DNA of 64,000 bases. Origin: Lophium mytilinum (taxonomy: Eukaryota). The DNA lies in assembly GCA_010093605.1 (NCBI GenBank), contig MU004181.1, positions 744,001 to 808,000 on the forward strand, given 5' to 3'. Below, piece by piece: positions 37,185 to 50,432 of the stretch (position 1 is its first letter; every line of letters begins with the position of its first letter). Under the pieces are notes generated by a model. The model saw nothing but the letters and a program-made list of their open reading frames with translations, was not told the DNA's origin and did not search any database. A program made the position numbers and the translations under genes.

Positions 37185-39247
37185 TTAAACGAAAGTAAAT
37201 GCGGTCTCCTTACAAGCCTCCTTATAGTCTGCGTACTTGCCTTTATCCAATTGAACACATGCGACTCGTTCATAAGAGGTATCCGCTTCAGATATTCTCT
37301 GTAAGATTAAGCCGACCCCGTATCCCCGCGGCTTCATGCTCACTGTCTCGGGGAGCTTGTCTTCCTCGTAATGAAAGAACGGAAGGAAGTAGTATGGTTG
37401 GTTCATTGGGTTGTACCCATCATGCCACACATCCGCCATAGCGATGAGATCTTCGCCGTTCAGAAACCACTGATCTTCAAGATAGGCGCTGAGTTCTACC
37501 TCACGAAGCCGGCCTGTGACTTTGAGTGAGGCTGCTTTAGGGGTTCCATACGGGTTTAGTTGGTCAGGTTCGAAAAGCACTTCTTTGGTGGAGATATCCC
37601 AGTCGGGCTCGTATCTTGCCGTTAACGACCAGAAAGTCACCAAACCTGTAATGGATGCCCAAGACCATGACGGTGCATATCCGTCGGGTTGTCGCCTGCT
37701 TTCGGTATTTTGTTTACGGCGAAGATAGCGTCTGTTTGGGGTTTTGCTACCAGCCGCCCAAGCGAGACCATGAAACAGGTAGCTGGACCATATGCCAGCA
37801 AGGTATTGTCCTGTCGTGGGTGACTGCACACGTTCTGCGATACCGGAGAACGCAGGAAGCCTGTCAGATGGGAAGCTGAGTTCTCTTCGACTGAACTCTT
37901 GCACAAGCGCTATCCAGATTGAAGAAAACGTAGTGTTGTCCTTGATTGTGCTATTGATGAAACGCTTCGAGTCAACCGAGTTCAAGGTATTAGGAGTGGA
38001 TTTGCATTCGCAAAACGCCGTCTCTAGGCACATCCAGGACATCTCCTCGTCGCTGTACGCGAGAAGTCGACGAGCGAGCATCTCTTCTTGGAACGCCCAG
38101 CCGCGAGTTGATAATGCTGTTCTTTCCTTGGTAAAGCGACAATGACCTCCGTACGTGTCGAAAACCCAAGGGTAACGGCGTACGAAAAAGGAGTTGTCGA
38201 TGCTCTCATTTCTTGAGTCTATCGCTACTCCAGGGTCTCTATTACCACCATTGAGGAATCCACTATAACAGTTCTGCCCTGCGGCGGCTGCAAGGACGAA
38301 AAGAGCTTGCGAATAGACCGGGCCCATCCGGGCAGACTGAGTATGCCAATCATTTGAAGAGTCTTGGACTATGCAAAGAGAGTCGATCCATATATATCGT
38401 ATATTGAATGCTCTCGTTACGATGAGAGCATCTTGAAAGTTTCGAGGTAAATCGTGGAATGGTATGGCACGACGCATGGCTGGTAAGTTCGCCACCGTCG
38501 TTTGCAGCGGCAGCTTTTCGGTACCCCAACAATGGCTTAGAGCAACATACTCGGCGTCTTCTCCAGGAACTGGAATGTGTAGATAAGGGTCGGCTGTATC
38601 AGATCCAACGTCAACTAGCCTCGTTGGAAGAGGGGCTTTTGGTGTACCGGCGCATTTTGAATGATTAGACACACAGTCTTGAAGCCAGCTTCTGGCGACT
38701 TTGAAGGCATCTTCCGAATTGCCCGAGGCCGAGATACGCTTCGCAGCAACAATGGCAGGGAAGGCGGATGGCACACCTTTGAATTACAATACTGTTCAGC
38801 ACTAGCCTTGATTCATTGCAATGTATTGAAGCTTGGGAGAATGAGGAAAAGAAAGGACAATCAATGCTGACCTCCATCGAAACAAAGTTCAAGAAACCGG
38901 GATTCTCCGGCAGCGAGGTCTACGTAAATAAGAAGGCCTTTGGAATCACCGACCATTACATATATCCAAGACACCGGTTCACTCGCGGCAATGGCGGAGA
39001 TAGCAGAATGCATAACGGAGCAGATTGGACATCCTGCCTTGGTAGCTTCGGCCAAGGCGGTCCATTGAGGATTCCATCCGCGTGGTAGCTGTGGATTAGC
39101 TCTATACCCGTGACAAACTGCACAGTCCGATGTTTCGCTAGATATTGGTCGAGAGAGCTGCTGCTCCGAGCCAGCCTGATCAGCTGATCGGCGCTTTCGG
39201 GATCTCCGGCGGCGGAAAGAGGCTCGGAGAGCCCCAAGTACCTCCAT
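37185..39247 (-). CDS. HET-domain (heterokaryon incompatibility) protein. Exons 39247-38872, 38776-37185
   Basis: LPTRLVDV, YVALSHCWG, YIWIDSLCIVQD, MGPVYSQA, RGWAFQE, DRLPAFSGIA, APSWSWAS. Confidence 0.93.
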
Positions 39248-39604
39248 TTTGAACAGACTAGAGAAATGCGGTCTTGCAATCTTGGTAACAAAGTAGTTGA
39301 GAGGTTGTGATGTTGGTGGCTGGAAGCGTGGGAGATAGGCAGCTAAAGCGACAAGGCACGTGATACCCCGGCTTTAGCGTGACGGTAAGTGTCTCATACA
39401 AAATGAGTGAGCCCGCAGTAAATAAAAGACCTTTCAAAACTCTTCAAATTCATTGACCAGTAGGAATGCGATTCATCAGATTTTCTAGCTAGACTTCGAA
39501 TACCTAGAAGCACATAGCCTGGGCAGCCGCCCATATTTCCATCGCCATATCAATGCATAATCATAAAGAAACGAGCAGCCGAGAGAAGGGGTAATAAGGC
39601 TGAT

Positions 39605-40465
39605 CTACTGGGAAGAACCACCTGAGATGGTGATGACTTGGCCTGCAAGAGAGTTAGTACAGGCTGATCTTGGTTGAAGTAGTCGGGAATTCGTACCATT
39701 GACCCATCCACCGTCCTCGCTGGACAAGAAGCCAACCACCCTCGCAACATCCTCTGGTGTTGCGCACCGTCCTAGCGGGCAGTGGTCCGACATCATCTGC
39801 TCGATGGTCGCCGCGGGAATATCCGGAGTGCCACCTGGAATGTAGTGCCATGCGTTCTGAGTGAACATATCGCTTTTGATGCCACCTGGGGCCACACCAT
39901 TTACGGTGATACCGCGCTTGCCGAAGTCCGTCGCGAAAGCCTTGATCATACCAATAACAGCCATCTTCGAAGCATTGTACAGGGCATGGTCCTTGACGCC
40001 CAACAGGCCCGCCGCAATGGAGCTCATGAGGATCACCCGGCCGTTATCCTCGATATACTTGTACGCCGCCTGGCCAACGAAGAACTGCGCGCGTGCGTTG
40101 AGGTTGAAGACGTGGTCGTACTTCTCCTCAGTGACCTCCTCGGTCTTGTCCCAACTCTCGGTGCCCGAGTTGCTCATGACAATGTCGAGCTTTCCAAAGT
40201 GCTTCTTGGCCTCCTCGAACAGGCGGGTGATCTCAGAGACCTTGGACACGTCGGCTTGGATGCTGATGGCCTTGGCGCCGTTGTTGAAGCCCTCGATTAT
40301 CTTGACGACCTCTTCGGCGGGGCCCTTGGAGGAGACGTAGTTCACGACGACGGAGGCACCACGCTTGCCGAGCTCAATGGCACAGCCGCGTCCAATACCG
40401 CGACCGGCACCGGTGATGAGGGCGACCTTGCCTTCAAGGCTGGCGGTGGGGACGTTGATAACCAT
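39605..40465 (-). CDS. 4HNR: 1,3,6,8-tetrahydroxynaphthalene reductase (SDR, DHN melanin). Intron 39696-39643
   Basis: TGAGRGIG, MSNSGTESW, YNASK, NGVAPGGIKSDMF..WHYIPGG; MSNSGxExW and WHYxPGG fit the 4HN rather than the 3HN reductase as I recall them. Confidence 0.85.
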   Translation of the reverse strand: MVINVPTASLEGKVALITGAGRGIGRGCAIELGKRGASVVVNYVSSKGPAEEVVKIIEGFNNGAKAISIQADVSKVSEITRLFEEAKKHFGKLDIVMSNSGTESWDKTEEVTEEKYDHVFNLNARAQFFVGQAAYKYIEDNGRVILMSSIAAGLLGVKDHALYNASKMAVIGMIKAFATDFGKRGITVNGVAPGGIKSDMFTQNAWHYIPGGTPDIPAATIEQMMSDHCPLGRCATPEDVARVVGFLSSEDGGWVNGTNSRLLQPRSACTNSLAGQVITISGGSSQ

Positions 40466-41423
40466 TTTGTAAAGTTCTGGAGTTTTGTGAGCTTTGGGGT
40501 CTGTCGAGGCATGCGAGATGTGATATCGGGACTTACTAGAGGTGTTTGGGGAGCAGAAGTTGGTGGTTCTGGAGAAGAGTGAGGTAGAGGCGAGAAACAG
40601 GTGAATAGTCAGTCTAGATGGGTATGTGAAGAGCAGAAAGCATTTGGTAGCATGACGCGCTGGTAGCTATATAGCTCCTTCCTGTGGCTAGTATTCGGTA
40701 TATATTCGGCGGAGGGCGGGGACCCGACGCCGGAGCCCCTCTGTTCACTGCCACAGCACCGAGCCGTTGAGGGGCCATTTTGTCCCTCTTGTGCCTGAGT
40801 GAGATTTCGGGCAGTGCTGGTGGCCGGAGTGTTGAGTTCGGCTTCGGGGTAGTTTGTGTGGGAAGACGTGGATGGAGGGGGAAACTCGGGCCCCCATCAT
40901 CACTTCTCCAGCTGTTGGTCCTGTGTGTGAGTGGTCTGTTATATTCTAGGTTTTTCTGCCTGCACCAAGATGCATTTCCCTGCAGACTTGTGCATGTCGC
41001 GGGTCGCGCACTGCATCGTTGTTGATGGCAGCAGCCGTGGTGCCTGAGGCGTGAGGCTCTCCATGAATAAATAGATTTAATCCAGGGACCCGGTGTCGGC
41101 CCGCTCCAGAGGTAAAAGCCGAGATCGCCGTCTTTCCCACGTCGCTGAAAGTGGCGTATGAAGAGACTCTGAGGAAGTTCAATCGATGCCAGCTGTATAT
41201 TCTGAGATACACGTCGAACTCTGTCCATATGCAACTTCCGCATGTCCATTGGTTGCACGGGATATGGCGTCAATATTCTAATTGATAGCCACTTCCGTGC
41301 TCCATATCTTCTAGTCTACCTGCCCAGGGTTCGTGCCCCTCTGCTGTCCATCACATCATTTCGCGTTACTTGCGGCACGACAAAACTCCTTTCACGGCTC
41401 CAATAACACCAATTGCCAGCAAA

Positions 41424-42562
41424 ATGCACATCCTCGTAAGCACACCTCGTCTGGATCATAGACCCACTCTTAGCAAACTTGATAGGCCGCTGCTGACCTC
41501 AACTCTTTGGTACCTAGGTCACCAACGATGACGGACCGCCCTCGAACCAATCTTCGCCATACGTCCACTCGCTCGTAACCTCCCTCCAATCTGCCGGCCA
41601 CACCGTCTCCGTCGTCCTCCCACACACTCAGCGTTCTTGGATCGGCAAAGCCCATCTCGTAGGCAAATCCATCAAGCCTACCTATTTCCGCCCGGCGCCT
41701 CTTTCCGAATCCAATGGCCGTCTCTCCAACACTGGCACCACCTCTGCACGACCTTTACCCGAAGACTCAAATGAGGAGGAATGGATACTCGTTGACAGCA
41801 CGCCCGCATCGTGCGTGCAGATTGGATTGCACCACTACTTCAAGTCGCGGGGTCCAATTGACCTCGTCGTGAGCGGGCCGAACTATGGCAGGAACACGAC
41901 TGCGGTATTCAGTCTGTCCAGTGGGACGATTGGTGGCGCGATGGAGGCCGCTGTATGTGGTGTACGCTCCATTGCCCTCTCCTTCGCCTTCTTCGACCGG
42001 AATCATGATCCCGCCATCATCGCTGCCGCTTCTGCCCACTCTGTCAAGGTGATAGACTATCTGGCCAAGAACTGGGACCCCAACGCTCACTTGTATTCGG
42101 TCAACGTACCCCTGGTTGAGAAGGTTGGCGAACACAAGACGCTGTGGACAGAAATGCTACAGAATCGGTGGACGTCGGGGTCGTGCTTCCAGGAGATAGA
42201 AGTGCCGGAGGAGGAGGATGAGGGTGCCGAGGAGGTCGAGATGCAGATGCGGAAAGCAGAGGAGAGAGCGGGCAAGAAAGAACAGGGTGTTGAGGGCGCC
42301 AGTGGATACAATACTCCGACCGGCGCCAGCCATGTGCGGTACACGCACAAGCATTTCAAGTGGGCACCCCGATTCAAGGATGTCTACCAGAGCGTCGAGG
42401 ATGCCGAGCCTGGTAACGACGGATGGGCGGTCAAAGAGGGATATACCAGGTACTTAAGAAATCGCTGTATGAGTTGACTGTTGTACTGACCAACATAGCG
42501 TTACTCCCCTACGAGCGAACTTCATGCATGTCGCTGGCTTCAAGGGAGAATTGGAGCTTTAG
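41424..42562 (+). CDS. SurE-family 5'/3'-nucleotidase. Introns 41436-41517 and 42450-42498
   Basis: MHIL/VTNDDG, QRSWIGKA, TPASCVQ, VVSGPNYGRN, SGTIGGAMEA, SVTPL. Confidence 0.92.
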
Positions 42563-43386
42563 AGCACCTAGCATACGGCGTTACGAGGAAAAACTGCGAT
42601 GTGTCTTGGAGCGAACATAAGGTAACAGCATAGATTGCTGCTGCCACTAGCATGACCTCGGCATGGTTCACTTCATTGAAATACCTGTGGAGTTTGACGT
42701 TAATGAGAAACACGGATTACGAAAGGAAGTTCGGCCAATGACAGAAGGCTAAAGACCTGAATTACTCTCCGAGACATCCGTCTTATTAAATATTCAGGCC
42801 AAAAGAATCGTTTCTCAAATCGACGGGGCTGTGTTGCTCGTGGCGTTGATGCATGAAAGTTATGTGAGAGGCTTGCCCAGCCGAAATCGCGCCTGCCTTC
42901 CCCGATGCCCCACCAGGAACCTCCTCTAAACCTCTCGACACAAGGTTCTCGTTGCGACAGCTAGCTGGCTTATCAATCTCTTAATCACCTGTTGCTTGAT
43001 CTCTTCCTCATTCCCATGTCCTCCGTATCCTAATGTGCCGGTCGCCATCGCATCTTCGCGAGCCTGATATCGACGCCCATCTTTAGCCTCGTTACAGCGG
43101 GCGTCCAACACCCTTTTCACGAGAGCTTTCTCACGAACATCTACTTCTATATCTTCTCATCTGAACTCACGTCTAGTGTATGCAAGCTCTAATTTTCGTT
43201 GCCTTTGAAGACGGCTTCTCAACGCAAGGGATCAATTATCTCTACAGCCTCGTCTCAGCCTAACTTATATCTGGAGCAGGTCACTGTCGCGACAGTTGGG
43301 GAAAGCGTACGAATCGTTGAACCTCATAGCATCTTCTTCGGACACCGGAGTCACTTATCAGAGTCATTGACCAGAGACTCGATCGA

Positions 43387-46332
43387 ATGGACCCACTCAG
43401 CATTGCTGGCACAGCTGCCGGGCTGGCTACCGTCGTCGTTCGCGCTTCCGCCGCCATCTACACCCTACTCGAGTCCACAGCCGCAATCGATATAACGATT
43501 TCAGGCCTTCGCGCCGAGCTTTCCACTCTATCTAGTGCACTTTCCTCCATAACGACCACTTTCCAACGCCCAGACGTTGAACAGCTTCACAAACAGGCCA
43601 TGAAGAAGAAAAACACATATGGGTCACTTTTGAGAATGTGGAGAACATATTGGAGGACTGCGAGTTTACACTCGCAAGGCTAGAAAATGCGCTCCCCGAG
43701 TTCGGGGGCAGGGGCCTTCTAGGCAGAGGCATTTTTCGAAAGCCAATCAGGGCAGTCAAATTGAATCTACACATGGAGGAGATCACCAAGATGAGAAGGG
43801 AGGTCGGGAGCTGTACAACTGCCATGACGATGACGTTGCAAATGATCACTATGTAAGTCCCTCCTCAATTGCTTCCTACACAATCACTCAATCATGGTCA
43901 TGGCCAACAAAATTTGGAGGTGAAAACCTAGCCTTTAGTCAATCATCGGAGCCCGAGAATGACATCGCAGCAAACCTCATCCTTTAGATCGTGCGTTCTG
44001 TTCAATTAGCTTGGTGTTGCGCTTTTCAAACCACGTTGCAGCTCCACCATGCGTGAAAGACAGCTACGGTAGCTCGCTTAGAGTTCAGAGTGCTTACTCC
44101 TTCTTAGATGCGTATCTATGGACTCCGGTAATTCAGTTGATGCAGTAGGAGTGTCGTTGCATGCAGAGCTTGTCGCCCTTCAACGCCAGATTGGGGAAGT
44201 GCAAGCAAGGCTAGCTGAACCCCAATCGTCCCCACAACGTGTCACGGTCGAATCTCGCAGTTTATCGGAGATTGAAACAAAAAGCACAGGAACGCCTCGA
44301 GACAGGAACTCCGGGCCCTCGAGCTCTGCAGAGGGTGATCATGATTCCGCAGTAAAGCTTTCGGGACCGCAAGACAACGAACAGAGAACGGAGCATCTCG
44401 TGGAGCATCTGCGATGTGCTCAAGCAATTTTTTCGGCCGCAAGCAAATACGTCGGAAGTGATGCTGGTACAATTCGACAAGGGTATGTTGAGAGCAATAA
44501 CAGCAGGTATCACGGTGGAGTGCTGCTCGGAAGCGATGGTGCGCAAAACCAGAACGAGGACGTCGTTCTCATGTCACAGGCTTTCGGTTCAGTTGTCGGA
44601 TTGGACGAGACACGGAGAAGGTTCATCCACCGCTGGATTCCTGGCACAGTTGTAGAAGAAGGTATTTGCCCCTCACATTTTCCCTTTGCTATCGTTCCCC
44701 AGTCACTAACTACAAAAGTAGATGCTGCCCAGTACGACGACGACGAAGAAGACTTTGAAACGATTTTATACCAAGTTCGTTACCGGAGAGCGCAGGACGC
44801 TCTACGGCAGAAAAAGTATGCTGATGCAGAATCGCTCTTAACGAATTGCATCACCAAACGGGATGCTATGGATCCTTCACCCTCACACGACGTCGATGTG
44901 ATAGAATTAAAGGTCCAGCTAGCTATCGCAAGTTTAGGACAAGGCAAAGCTATGGAAGCACTACAGATTCTCGGTAGCCTTTCAACGGAAGATGTTAAGG
45001 AAGCTCCTCCCGCATTACACGCCTATCTGCTCCACTCCTCTGCAGAAGTTCACGTTTTCTTGAACGAGATCCCTGAAGCACACCTGCGCTGCTCTAGCTT
45101 GCAAAAAGAAACTCTTCAAACCGCGAGAGAGACCGTTCTTAGAGACTGTTAGCCTTTTGGCCAACGTTCTAGAGCTCATGGGAGACACTAGCGAAGCGGA
45201 TCTCTATCGACATTTCCTTCCTAGCAATATTTCCTAAGAGTCTCTATTCAAGGAAGCCTGGAAGAATGCTGTCACCTGTAGAACCGAGGCCCTCTCCATA
45301 CAAGAAGCGAAAGAGCTGGAAATTGATGCAGAAGTGAAGAGACAACACTATTCGCGAGAACAATTTGAGACCTACAAACCAACTCCTGCGGAGATCAGAT
45401 CTTTGAGCAGATTAGGAGGGGCGCCACTACTCCACCGTGCCGCATGGCTTGGCGAATTTTCGGAAATACAAAGGTGTCTTCGCAACGGTCTCGCTGTCAA
45501 TCTGGCCCACGAACGCAATGGAGCGACAGCACTGCATTACGCGGTCGGTAACGCACATCTCGCAGTTGTGCAGCTGCTGATTTTGCGCGGAGCTTCCGTG
45601 AACAAAGCCGATTTCAGCTAGGCGACTCCGCTTCACTGGTTGGGAGACCGATGGAAAGGCACACCGCTAGATGTTGCTATTGCACAGGCTCTTATCAAGG
45701 CAGGAGCCGATCGTTGTGCGAAAAACAAGGCCGGCCGGACGCCTCTTGCGGAGCTGTGCTCCCATGCAAGGAAGGAAGTGACAGAAGATGACAAGAGCTT
45801 GTTTCGTCCTCCGTTTGAGGCATTCAAAGGCCCCGTCGATCAGCTTGAAGCAGAAATGGCGCGTCGATTTCCCGGTGCCAAGGAGGAGTGCAATAGAGCT
45901 AGGGCCGCATTCCCAATTGAAATTTTCGGCAGTGAGGAAACGCGGATTTTTCATGCAGCATGGCACGGAGATATTAAGAAGGTCAACCAGCTTCTCAGCG
46001 ACATACATCGACCGGGGGGGACCGTAAGAGCCGAGGTACTAAATGGTGCTACGCATGCGAGGGAGCTCGCAATTGTGCAGCTACTGCTTTCAAGAGGCGT
46101 AAATGCAAACGGTGCAGATGAGAGAGGTTGGACTAGTCTTCATGTTCTTGCGTATCATTGGCAACACACTCCTCTTCAGGTTGCCATTGGTCGGCAGCTG
46201 ATCGCATCAGGGGCAGATCGGACTGCGAGAACTGGCGATAGAAGACGTCCTGTTGATCTTTTAAGGGCTAGGCGTCTTGTCGGAAGAGAAACACCACCTT
46301 CTTGGGAAGAAATTGAATTGTTTGGAGGGTAA
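43387..46332 (+). pseudogene. Disabled HeLo-like N-terminal domain + TPR-like + ankyrin gene
   Basis: MDPLSIAGTAAGL start; ankyrin motifs GATALHYAV, TPLHW, GWTSLHVLA; frameshifts near 43600 and 45090, stops TAA 45235 and TAG 45619; introns 43853-44107 and 44662-44721. Confidence 0.8.
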
Positions 46333-48589
46333 TTCAGATGGCCAAGAGGCAAGAACGAACTGTAGAAGAATAGGTCTAGTTGGGAATGTCGCAGGCACGT
46401 ATGATGCGGCGGGCTGTACCTTGGTCCATGAGCTGGGTACCATTCCTCATCACTTGACACTAACGTCTGCGTTTGCGCGGGGACAGTCTTGTGGCTTCAA
46501 CTCAACGAAGAGTCTTTTAAATCGGAATAGTCATGATGGCTGCGCTGAAGATACGAGTCTACCGAAGTGCGCATACTCTCTGAAGTAGTTTGGTCGACAG
46601 ATTGAAGCCGATCGAGTACTGAACCGCATGTGCGAAATAGCAACCACTAACAGATACTTACACAAAGTCAATGCCCATTTTCTTTTGGCATGCAGCTGCT
46701 CGCCGGACCCTCCAAAGCCTCGTTACTGGTCTTATGACAAGTTTGAGGAATCTGCATCCAGCATCCGAACTTTGACAATTAAACTGGTGTTGGCCAGGCC
46801 TCGAGTGCAGCCTCGGCGGTGGTTGAGGGTAGCTCTCGGAAACCAGTATGCCGCCCGGGCGGGTCGAATGCGGCATTCTGCAACGTACGAGCTCGCTCCG
46901 CCTATACTTGGACTGCAGGTACATACTCTTTGGATCAGCTGTTCGCCAAGCTGTGGGTTAAGACTATTCGATCAACGAACGGTAGCTTGGAAGTTTGGAA
47001 GAACTAGCGGCCCGGTCTTAGCACACCTAGCTATCACGGGCCGGGACTTGTGGTTGGCTGCCGGGCAACTATACGTAGAAATCTCCCTAGTTGACATTGG
47101 AATGGTCTGTTCATCATCCGTCCATTCTCATGATTGAGATGCTCGACAGCAGCGCGCACTCATCGAAGCAGAACCACTACTTCAACATCTCACAACGCGC
47201 ACACACAGGAAACGGTACCGCACAATTCTCTTCCGATCTGCTGGCTCGCCCAAACTTACACAAGTCTAAACTGCTCTCGCGTGGTAAATACTCTAGCTTC
47301 CACACACCGTCTCAGCAGACCCAACAACCGGGATCTGTGTTCGGCTAAGCGGGCAAGACTCGGGCGAGTGAAGGAAATGCTACCGAGACATCGGCTGGCA
47401 ACGAATACGCGCGGTGGTGGTACGAGAGGACCCTGAGGCGTGAGAAAGGCGGAAATGCGCACGCCACGTGAAAGCTCTGGATTCGGGAGTCGAGCATTTT
47501 TACTTGCGACACCCGGTATTTGGGCAGCGCAGGATTTCGCGATGGCTATTGAAATCGTGCGCGGTCTTTGCAGGGCGTTCGGGCCGAGTGCTGGCAATGC
47601 TCTTCTTGACTGGACAAGGACGAGACAAACGTCGCATCGCATCGCATTGTTGGCACGGCGTCTGGGGTCGCCGGTTGCAGCAGCTGCATCGAACCACCCC
47701 GGAAAGTTCTTTCGCGACCAATGCCACGGCTCACCTGAGGGGGTTGCAGAAATGCGGAGGAGGGGTAACGAGACGGTCATTGGCAGCAGCGAGGTAAAAG
47801 AAAAGCATGTTCGAGACAACTTGTGATCCGCTGATGGTGGCTGTCAGGCTGTCAATGGCCGTTCGTAAGCGGGCTTCAGGACCCCTCGTCGATGTAACGC
47901 TGCGGCGACAGGGCTGCATCCCGGCTGAAGCTTGGTAGTGTGCCACTCCCGGCAGCCGGAATCCTTGAGCGTGGAAAATCACTTATGGGCACCCACCTGC
48001 AGCGCGCCTGAAAGTGCGGGGAAAGGGGCCAGAAGGTCGACGAGGCAGAAGAGGTCCACGGTGTCGAGTTTCAAAAGAGAATCTCTATTTCAAACATGGC
48101 TGTTCTGAATTTACCGCACAGCGCAAACCTCACGCAAACTGGACGCATGTCGTGCCACCCCAGATTCCCCAGCCGATGGCGCCGCCACTGACGCAGCGCG
48201 ACCTCGGGACGCTCAGCTCACACCTCAACCTCTGCCTTTCGCTTCGCGACCACGATGCGCGCGCAGGGCCAGGATGCGGCCAGGTTCCGAAGCCCGATCC
48301 GCTAGCAGCGACCGTTGGCGGTGGTGGCCGCCGCTAATTGGTGATACCCGCAGCGATCGGCTGAGTGCATGCCTCGAAGAGCTTTCCCCGGAGGTGACAG
48401 CTTGGGGAAAGGGCAGGGTGGCCTCGGGGATGCCTTGTTCGCGTCCTTGTCCAGACGGCCTCTCGTGTGCCAGGTGTGAGCAGCATCCTCCTTTGGAACG
48501 GGACAGGATGGGTCACGCGTTGCAGCGTGTTGGTTCAACCACCCCTCGGGGAGCACTGGCCGCGAACAGCCTGTCGCTGAACCACGGTT

Positions 48590-48596
48590 TATAAAG
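48590..48596 (+). promoter_or_regulatory. TATA box of the sugar transporter
   Basis: TATAAAG ~95 bp upstream of ATG 48685, followed by a CT-rich tract. Confidence 0.5.
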
Positions 48597-48684
48597 GATG
48601 GGCAGCCGCGCTGGCTTTGTGCTCTTCTTCTTCTCGCTACTTCAACCCTAATAAGTCATAGAGCACATACAGAAAAATAAAGAT

Positions 48685-50432
48685 ATGCCTGTTGGGAACA
48701 TCTATCTCATCGCAGCCATCGCCATCATTGGCGGTGGTCTGTTTGGTTTCGATATCTCGTCGATGAGCGCCATGTATGTTCACCACCATCTTCGCTTAGC
48801 TGTTTATGAGTTCCACTGACGCTGCATAGTATCTCTGGCAGCCCATACCGTTGCTACTTCAGCAGTGACCGTCTGCCTGATGGAACGTGCCCGGGCCCCA
48901 ACTCTGATGTCCAGGGTGGCATCACGGCCTCGATGGCTGGTGGGAGTTGGCTGGGCGCGCTCGCGTCGGGCTTCATTACTGATAGACTTGGCCGGAAGAA
49001 GGCCATCATGATCGGCTCTATCCTTTGGTACGACTAGAACCTTACCATTTCGTGTCCTCTCAATTAACACGCGCAGGTGTGTCGGCTGTATTCTTGTCTG
49101 CGCTTCGCAAGACGTCGCCATGTTGATCGTGGGCAGAATTGTCAACGGTCTCTGTGTCGGTATCTGCTCTGCTCAAGTTCCTGTTTACATTTCCGAATTG
49201 GCCGAACCTAGACTTCGTGGTCGCCTCGTTGGTGCTCAGCAATGGGCTATCACTTGGGGAATTATGATTATGTTCTACATCAGCTACGTAAGCATCTTAT
49301 ATCTAACTACCTGTACCTCTCAAGTACAGTACTTACAATACTCTAGGGCTGCTCCTTCATCAAGGGCACTGCCGCCTTCCGTGTCCCCTGGGGCCTCCAA
49401 GCCATCCCAGCCATCATCCTCTTCTTCGGCATGATGCTACTCCCCGAATCCCCCCGCTGGCTCGCCCGCAAAGACCGCTGGGAAGAATGCAAAGACGTCC
49501 TCACCCTCGTGCTGGGCAAAGGCGACGCCAACAGCAAGCTCGTGAAAGAAGAATTCGCCGAAATCCAGGCCTACTGCGAATTCGAGCGCCAAAACGCCGA
49601 CGTGACCTACCTCGAGCTCTTCAAGCCCCACATGATCAACCGCACCCACATCGGCATCTTCACGCAGATCTGGTCGCAGCTCACCGGCATGAACGTCATG
49701 ATGTACTACATCACCTACGTCTTCGCCATGGCTGGGCTGACCGGCAACAACCTGCTCGTCTCGTCGTCCATCCAGTACGTTATCAACGTGTGTATGACGG
49801 TGCCTGCCCTCATCTGGGTCGACAAATGGGGCCGTCGCCCAACGCTGCTCGTCGGCGCGACCCTCATGGGCACCTGGCTCTTCGCCAACGCCGGCATTCT
49901 AGCGACGTACGGCCATCCCGCGCCCCCCGGCGGCGTTGGCGGGATTGCCGCCGCGTCGTGGCAGGTCAGCGGCCACGCCGCCAAAGCGGTCATCGCATGC
50001 TCCTACCTCTTCGTCGCCTCGTTCGCGCCCACCTGGGGCCCCGTGTCGTGGATCTACCCACCAGAACTCTTCCCGCTCCGCGTGCGCGGGAAAGCCGTCG
50101 CGCTCTCTACTTCAGCCAACTGGGCGTTCAATTTCGCGCTCGGCTACTTCGTGCCCCCGAGCTTTGAGAATATTAAGTGGAAGACGTATATCCTGTTTGG
50201 CGTCTTCTGCATCGCGATGTTTGTTCATGTGTTTTTCATGTTTCCGGAGACGGCGGGCAAGCAGTTGGAGGAGGTGGAGGATATGTTTACGGATGTGAAT
50301 GGGCCGCGGAATATTGGGACGTTGGCGTGGAAGACGAGGGTGGGGCAGCGGGCGCCGAAGAATGTGGTGGTTAGTGAGAAGTTGGCGGCGTTGAGGACGA
50401 GTGAGGAGCATGTTAAGTCGGAGACTGTGTGA
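48685..50432 (+). CDS. MFS sugar porter, high-affinity glucose transporter-like. Exons 48685-48773, 48830-49027, 49077-49287, 49347-50432
   Basis: GGGLFGFDISSMS, DRLGRK, PVYISELA, PESPRWL, QLTGMNVMMYY, DKWGRR, PETAGKQLEE. Confidence 0.95.
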
